From Candidatus Poribacteria bacterium (GTDB taxonomy: Bacteria; Poribacteria; WGA-4E; JAJDTR01): 64,000 nucleotides of DNA. Shown here one piece after another: positions 59,832 to 64,000 of this stretch. Location: assembly GCA_965222225.1 (NCBI GenBank), contig CBDCTK010000002.1:5504001-5568000 (forward strand), given 5' to 3'. Both the position numbers and the translations under genes were made by a program. Position 1 is the stretch's first letter; the number at the start of each line of letters is the position of its first letter. The notes under the pieces are model-generated. The model saw nothing but the letters and a program-made list of their open reading frames with translations, searched no databases and had not been told where the DNA came from.

Positions 59832-60605
59832 ATGCTTACCGCCGCTGAAATTGAATCTTACCATGAAGATGGCTACCTCAAAGTTGAGCAACTCTTTACG
59901 CCGGAAGAAACGGAGGAACTTGGCTCCGAGATGATTCGCATCATCAATGAGTGGGGGGAGGAACGGATTGGATGGCCGGGACCGTGGCGCAGCCAATATC
60001 TGGTTGATGAGGAACAGCAAACAACCAAGGTAGTATTCATGCACAACCCTCATTTCTACTCTGCGGTTTGGGGGCGTGTGATTTTCCACCCGCGTTTGGT
60101 TGGCGCCGTGCAAGATTTTATCGGCCGAGATGTTCAATGGCACCACACGGTTCTACACGGCAAGGCGCCAGAAAAGGGCACTCCCTTTCCGATGCATCAG
60201 GATTATCCATTCTACCCTCACGACGGGTTGAAATTTGTCGACTGTCTAGTTCACTTGGATGATACCCCGGCTGAAAGTGGTCCATTACGGGTTGTCCCGG
60301 GCAGCCACAAAAATGGCCCTCTCAAACACATCACAGGACCAGACACCGCGCCTCACCTACCTACGGACAAATACCATCCTGATTTCATACCGTCGGTTGC
60401 AATTCCTGCGAAGGCAGGCGATGTCATTTTTTTCAGCTACTGCCTTGTTCATTGGTCCGAAGTAAATAGGACGAATGAGTGGCGTAGATCTGTTCGGTTT
60501 GGTTACCATAAGCCGGAAATGCGGCCAGTGGGGCGCCCCCCGGAGGAAGTGTACAACAATATTATAGTTGGTGGATTCAGAGCGAACCCTTCGGCAATGG
60601 GTTAG
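59832..60605 (+). CDS. Phytanoyl-CoA dioxygenase (PhyH)-family protein
   Basis: YHEDGYL, MHQDYPF, VPGSHK, AGDVIFF, LVHWS..N..WRR. Confidence 0.92.
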   Translation: MLTAAEIESYHEDGYLKVEQLFTPEETEELGSEMIRIINEWGEERIGWPGPWRSQYLVDEEQQTTKVVFMHNPHFYSAVWGRVIFHPRLVGAVQDFIGRDVQWHHTVLHGKAPEKGTPFPMHQDYPFYPHDGLKFVDCLVHLDDTPAESGPLRVVPGSHKNGPLKHITGPDTAPHLPTDKYHPDFIPSVAIPAKAGDVIFFSYCLVHWSEVNRTNEWRRSVRFGYHKPEMRPVGRPPEEVYNNIIVGGFRANPSAMG

Positions 60606-60981
60606 GGGGTTGTCGTCCCGCTAGGAACCGATTTGAAAATTCTAGGTGCGGCCTGGAGAACTCGTTTTGCAGCCTTGAAAAATTTCATACTATTCATACC
60701 AAAAGGGTGTTTTCAAAAGAGACAGAAAATCGGTAAAACCCTTGCTATGACTGGCTTAAGAAGCGTTTTGACATTAAAGCTATTGGAATGTTGGTATGAA
60801 ATTCTGGTATGACCCTGTAGTTGCCCAAAACAATTTCAAATCTCACGCTAACGCTACTTATCAAAAGAGAAGGCGACTTTTCAAGCGGGCGAGTTTTAGC
60901 TCAACTTTGTACATTTAATGGTTTATTCGCTAAGAGAATAAGATATGAGGCATGCGTATTTTAGTAATTGTCTGAATGGGA

Positions 60982-61053
60982 TCTCTATCGCGCGGGATTA
61001 GCTATCGCACTCACTATCCACTCGTTTGATCCTTATTCAGTCGCTTGATCCCG
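60982..61053. repeat. Dispersed ~72-bp intergenic repeat, copy B
   Basis: Homologous to 53396-53467. Confidence 0.75.
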
Positions 61054-61189
61054 ACCTTCAGGGGTTGCAAAGCATGTTTCTTGTGTCGGCCCCATAGGCA
61101 TTAGACACTTAGCGAAAAAGCCATTTAAGTTGAGTGGCAGGATAATTATACCATATAATTTTAGCGAGTAAATCACTAGGTTCCACTTT

Positions 61190-62456
61190 GTTCGGAGCAG
61201 TCTGCTTACCTTCCTTATTGTCCTGGCAATGTCATGGATGTCTTCCTCACTCAGAAACTGGGTTGTCCACTGTTGGTTAACGGCAGGTCTGGCATATCCG
61301 ACAACCATCCAGTTGTATACTTTCTGGGCGTTTGGAGCGGTGTTCTCGTCGTATGATACAGGATTCGCATCAGGAGATCGAACGGAATACGGGAGTTGCC
61401 GAAAGGCCGCTGGTTGCGGATTGCCTCGTGAGAAAGGAAGACGGGCCTCCCAAAAAAGTGTGGAGTGCACGAAATCCCCTCCGCGCGAATCGCCATCGCA
61501 AAATCATCCGGAGTAAAAGGAGCGTTATCCGTCACCCGCATGGCATAGAGCCAGTACGTGTGCTTGCACCCGCCGAGTATGCGCTGCAGCACAACATAGG
61601 GATTCTTGGACAGCTCTCTCAGAAGATTTCCCCGTGCCCGTCGCAGAGCCACGGTGTTCCTCATTTTGTGCACTTGGGCTAAGGCGACAGCACCGCTCAA
61701 CTCGTTCATCCGATAGTTCGGTGCGAAGATGACATACGTTGGTTGCTCCTCCAGAGAGCGATCCCACCGCTTGTCCATGAAGAGTTTCCCTCGAATACCA
61801 TAGTCATCGTTAGTCATCGTTGTTTGTAATGGTAATTCCGCCGCCGGCGCAGGAGATGTACTTGGATTGTTTGGAGGCTAAAGCAGGCGATGTCGCCTAT
61901 TGTACCAACTAGCCGTCCGTTGTACTCACTCAGGTGTGCCTGTGAACAGTCCTCAATGACTGCCAGGTTGTGTCGTCTAGCAATTTGCATAATGGCGTTC
62001 CATATCGCAAGGGTTGCCGAAGACATGTACCGCCATAATGGCTCTTGTTTTGTGCGTAATCTTGCGCTCAATATCCGGCGGATGCATATTGAATGTGTCT
62101 CGCTGGACATCGCAAAAGATGGGAATTGCCGTTTGCGCCAGGATGGGGATGACGCTACCGATGTCCGTAACGGGACCGACGATAATTTCATCTCCGGGCG
62201 AAGGATTCAACATCCCGGTGGCGATGTGCAGGCTGGCAGTACCGGAGGAGCTTGCTATGCCGTTTTTTGCGCCGTGAATCTCGGCAAATTCATGTTCAAA
62301 CTGCTCAACCTTCGTCCTGCCGAACCGACTCATCACTCCTGAATCAATAACGTCGGTGAGTTCCCGCAGTTCCTCTTTTCCAAACTTGTTTCCGTCCGGG
62401 AGCGGAATTTTACGAACCGGCGTTCCATCATCTATTGCCAGTTTTTCTTTTGATAT
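61190..62456 (-). pseudogene. DegT/DnrJ/EryC1/StrS aminotransferase pseudogene
   Basis: [33 protein letters not shown] and NYRMNEL lie in different frames; ATA at the expected start; +1 indels ~61998 and ~61871; 10-bp duplication 61801-61820; further shift ~61372; 3' end approximate. Confidence 0.88.
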
Positions 62457-63017
62457 GCGGCACTTTCCCTTTATCCAACTTTGCAGGTGACCAGTGTTGA
62501 GGCACTTGATGCTCCGTAAAAATCTGCATTTCCCGCAGCGAGAAATCGTGTACTAGGTGAAGGCAGATACTGGCTGCGGACGCACTTTAAGACCATTGAC
62601 CAGCGAGCCATGTAGACTATTAAATTATGCCAAAACTGACGCAGATAGATGTTTCAAATTCAGTAGGAAGCGGGTTCCAAGAAAATGAGGCCAGAGAAAG
62701 GCATAAATGTTTGATGTTCCGCAAACACACTACCTGGACGGTTTTGTTTCTGGCTGCTTGTGGGAATTGATTCGTTGTTCTTGGCAGGATTTTGAAAGAT
62801 TCTAGAATTACGGTGTGTTGGTGATGTTGCGTAATTCTGTTTCACTCAAGTTAAGGGCGGTAGGCAGACAAGCGAGACGTTGAAATTGGTATCAACTTTC
62901 AATAGGAATAACTATGGTGAATTTTCGAGATGCCGTGAGTGGGAAGATAAGAGATGCAAGGCCCATCCACTCTGAATCGGTATACACGCCCGTGTTTTCT
63001 TTCCAAATCGTTAGACT

Positions 63018-63746
63018 TTAATGTCCGCCAACCTCGCCGACCTCAATATCGATTTCGTCTCGATTCCGGATTCGCTCGACCAAACCGTCGCGAATGTCGA
63101 CAATTCGATCGGAGACATCAAGCATCTTCAGGTCATGAGTTGCCGAGATAACGGTGACGCCTTTTCCGCGGTTGAGGTCCCTAATCAGATCGATGATTTC
63201 GCGACCTGTAATTGTATCGAGGTTCGCTGTTGGTTCATCTGCTAAAATGATGGTCGGATCGTTAGCGAATGCCCGTGCAATGGCGACGCGCTGACGTTGT
63301 CCACCAGATAGCTCGTCGGGCCGGTGATGAATGCGGTCTGCTAGTCCAACCAGATTCAGCAGTTCCTCTCCCTTTTTGCTGCGTTCCTTTGTTGACAGTC
63401 CAGCAAAAATCATTGGCAAAGTCACGTTTTCCAACGCACTCATCACTGGCAGCAGATTGTAACTTTGGAAAATGTACCCGACTCTGTGGCAGCGAAACCA
63501 AGCAATCTGGGAGCGTGAGAGTTGAGACATGTCCTGTCCATCAATGTATACCCTGCCTCCAGTGGGGCCATCCAAAGCGCCAATCATGTTGAAGAGGGTT
63601 GACTTACCGGAACCGGAGGGGCCCATCAGCGAAATATACTCCCCACGCGCAATCTCAATGTTGATTCCGTCAAGCGCGCGAACTATATTATTACCCATGC
63701 GGTACTCTTTAACGACATCTTCGGTTTTCACGACAGTTTCTGCCAT
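63018..63746 (-). CDS. ABC transporter ATP-binding protein (LolD/MacB-like)
   Basis: GPSGSGKS, GYIFQSYNL, LSGGQRQR, LADEPTANLD, THD; AAGGAG RBS. Confidence 0.95.
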   Translation of the reverse strand: MAETVVKTEDVVKEYRMGNNIVRALDGINIEIARGEYISLMGPSGSGKSTLFNMIGALDGPTGGRVYIDGQDMSQLSRSQIAWFRCHRVGYIFQSYNLLPVMSALENVTLPMIFAGLSTKERSKKGEELLNLVGLADRIHHRPDELSGGQRQRVAIARAFANDPTIILADEPTANLDTITGREIIDLIRDLNRGKGVTVISATHDLKMLDVSDRIVDIRDGLVERIRNRDEIDIEVGEVGGH

Positions 63747-63880
63747 TCATGTTTCTCCTTGGGTTGTTTTGGCTCATCAACCCTAGACCACAATATATTT
63801 AGGACTTGCGCAGCACCAAGGATTGCGTTCGGAGATTGTTTCTATAGTGGGTGCGAGGAAGTCGCGTTCGGGAGAAGGAT

Positions 63881-63985
63881 CTCTATCGCACTCCCTATTC
63901 GGTCGTTTAATCCCCTACAGAAGACGTGCAATGAAGGGATTCCAATGGGAACTCTATCGCAGTCGCTGTTCGCTCCTTTGATCCC
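63881..63985. repeat. Two short copies of the dispersed repeat (63881-63914, 63952-63985)
   Basis: ctctatcgcactccctattcggtcgtttaatccc and ctctatcgcagtcgctgttcgctcctttgatccc. Confidence 0.65.
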
Positions 63986-64000
63986 TAACTATAGGATTTT

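Noticed and set aside
254-63786. Numerous 60-200-aa ORFs antisense or out of frame within called genes
   Set aside because: Shadow ORFs of well-supported genes, without motifs or translation signals.

Overview
A ~50% GC bacterial chromosomal segment, most likely Candidatus Poribacteria or a relative. This is inferred from the LamG-like proteins ending in AVDPxxKxTTTWGxxK and from several PhyH and Gfo/Idh/MocA paralogues; no marker gene is present. Layout: (1-8.1 kb) a catabolic cluster with a beta-propeller hydrolase, 2 Gfo/Idh/MocA oxidoreductases, 2 PhyH dioxygenases (one with a halogenase-like HxG motif), a Kelch protein and a DUF6772/DUF6385-like pair. (8.2-19.9 kb) an export/surface locus: a tandemly duplicated promoter + secreted LamG-like gene + ~130-nt structured-RNA unit, an S1/P1-like nuclease, a 2092-aa PorU/gingipain-like C25 peptidase and a PorV-like barrel. 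(20-25 kb) peptidoglycan recycling genes (anmK, namZ, amiE-like) and a secreted UGA-recoded UxxC peroxiredoxin-like selenoprotein that the ORF track splits in two. (25-45 kb) central metabolism, LPS and housekeeping genes (UGPase, pgi, 2 GT9, hflX, PPi-type PFK, rpiA, NtrC-like regulator, ABC-F), plus a sigma54 promoter upstream of a DUF4159 gene. (45-64 kb) a region with frameshifted or decayed genes (amidase, DegT, GFA), small dispersed repeats and an unannotated 35-aa basic ORF. The best candidate for an undescribed system is a T9SS-like PorU/PorV sorting module lying beside cargo with a short TTWGxxK tail and a conserved 3' RNA structure. No rRNA, tRNA, CRISPR array or intact transposase was seen. 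All calls come from manual motif reading, not database searches.
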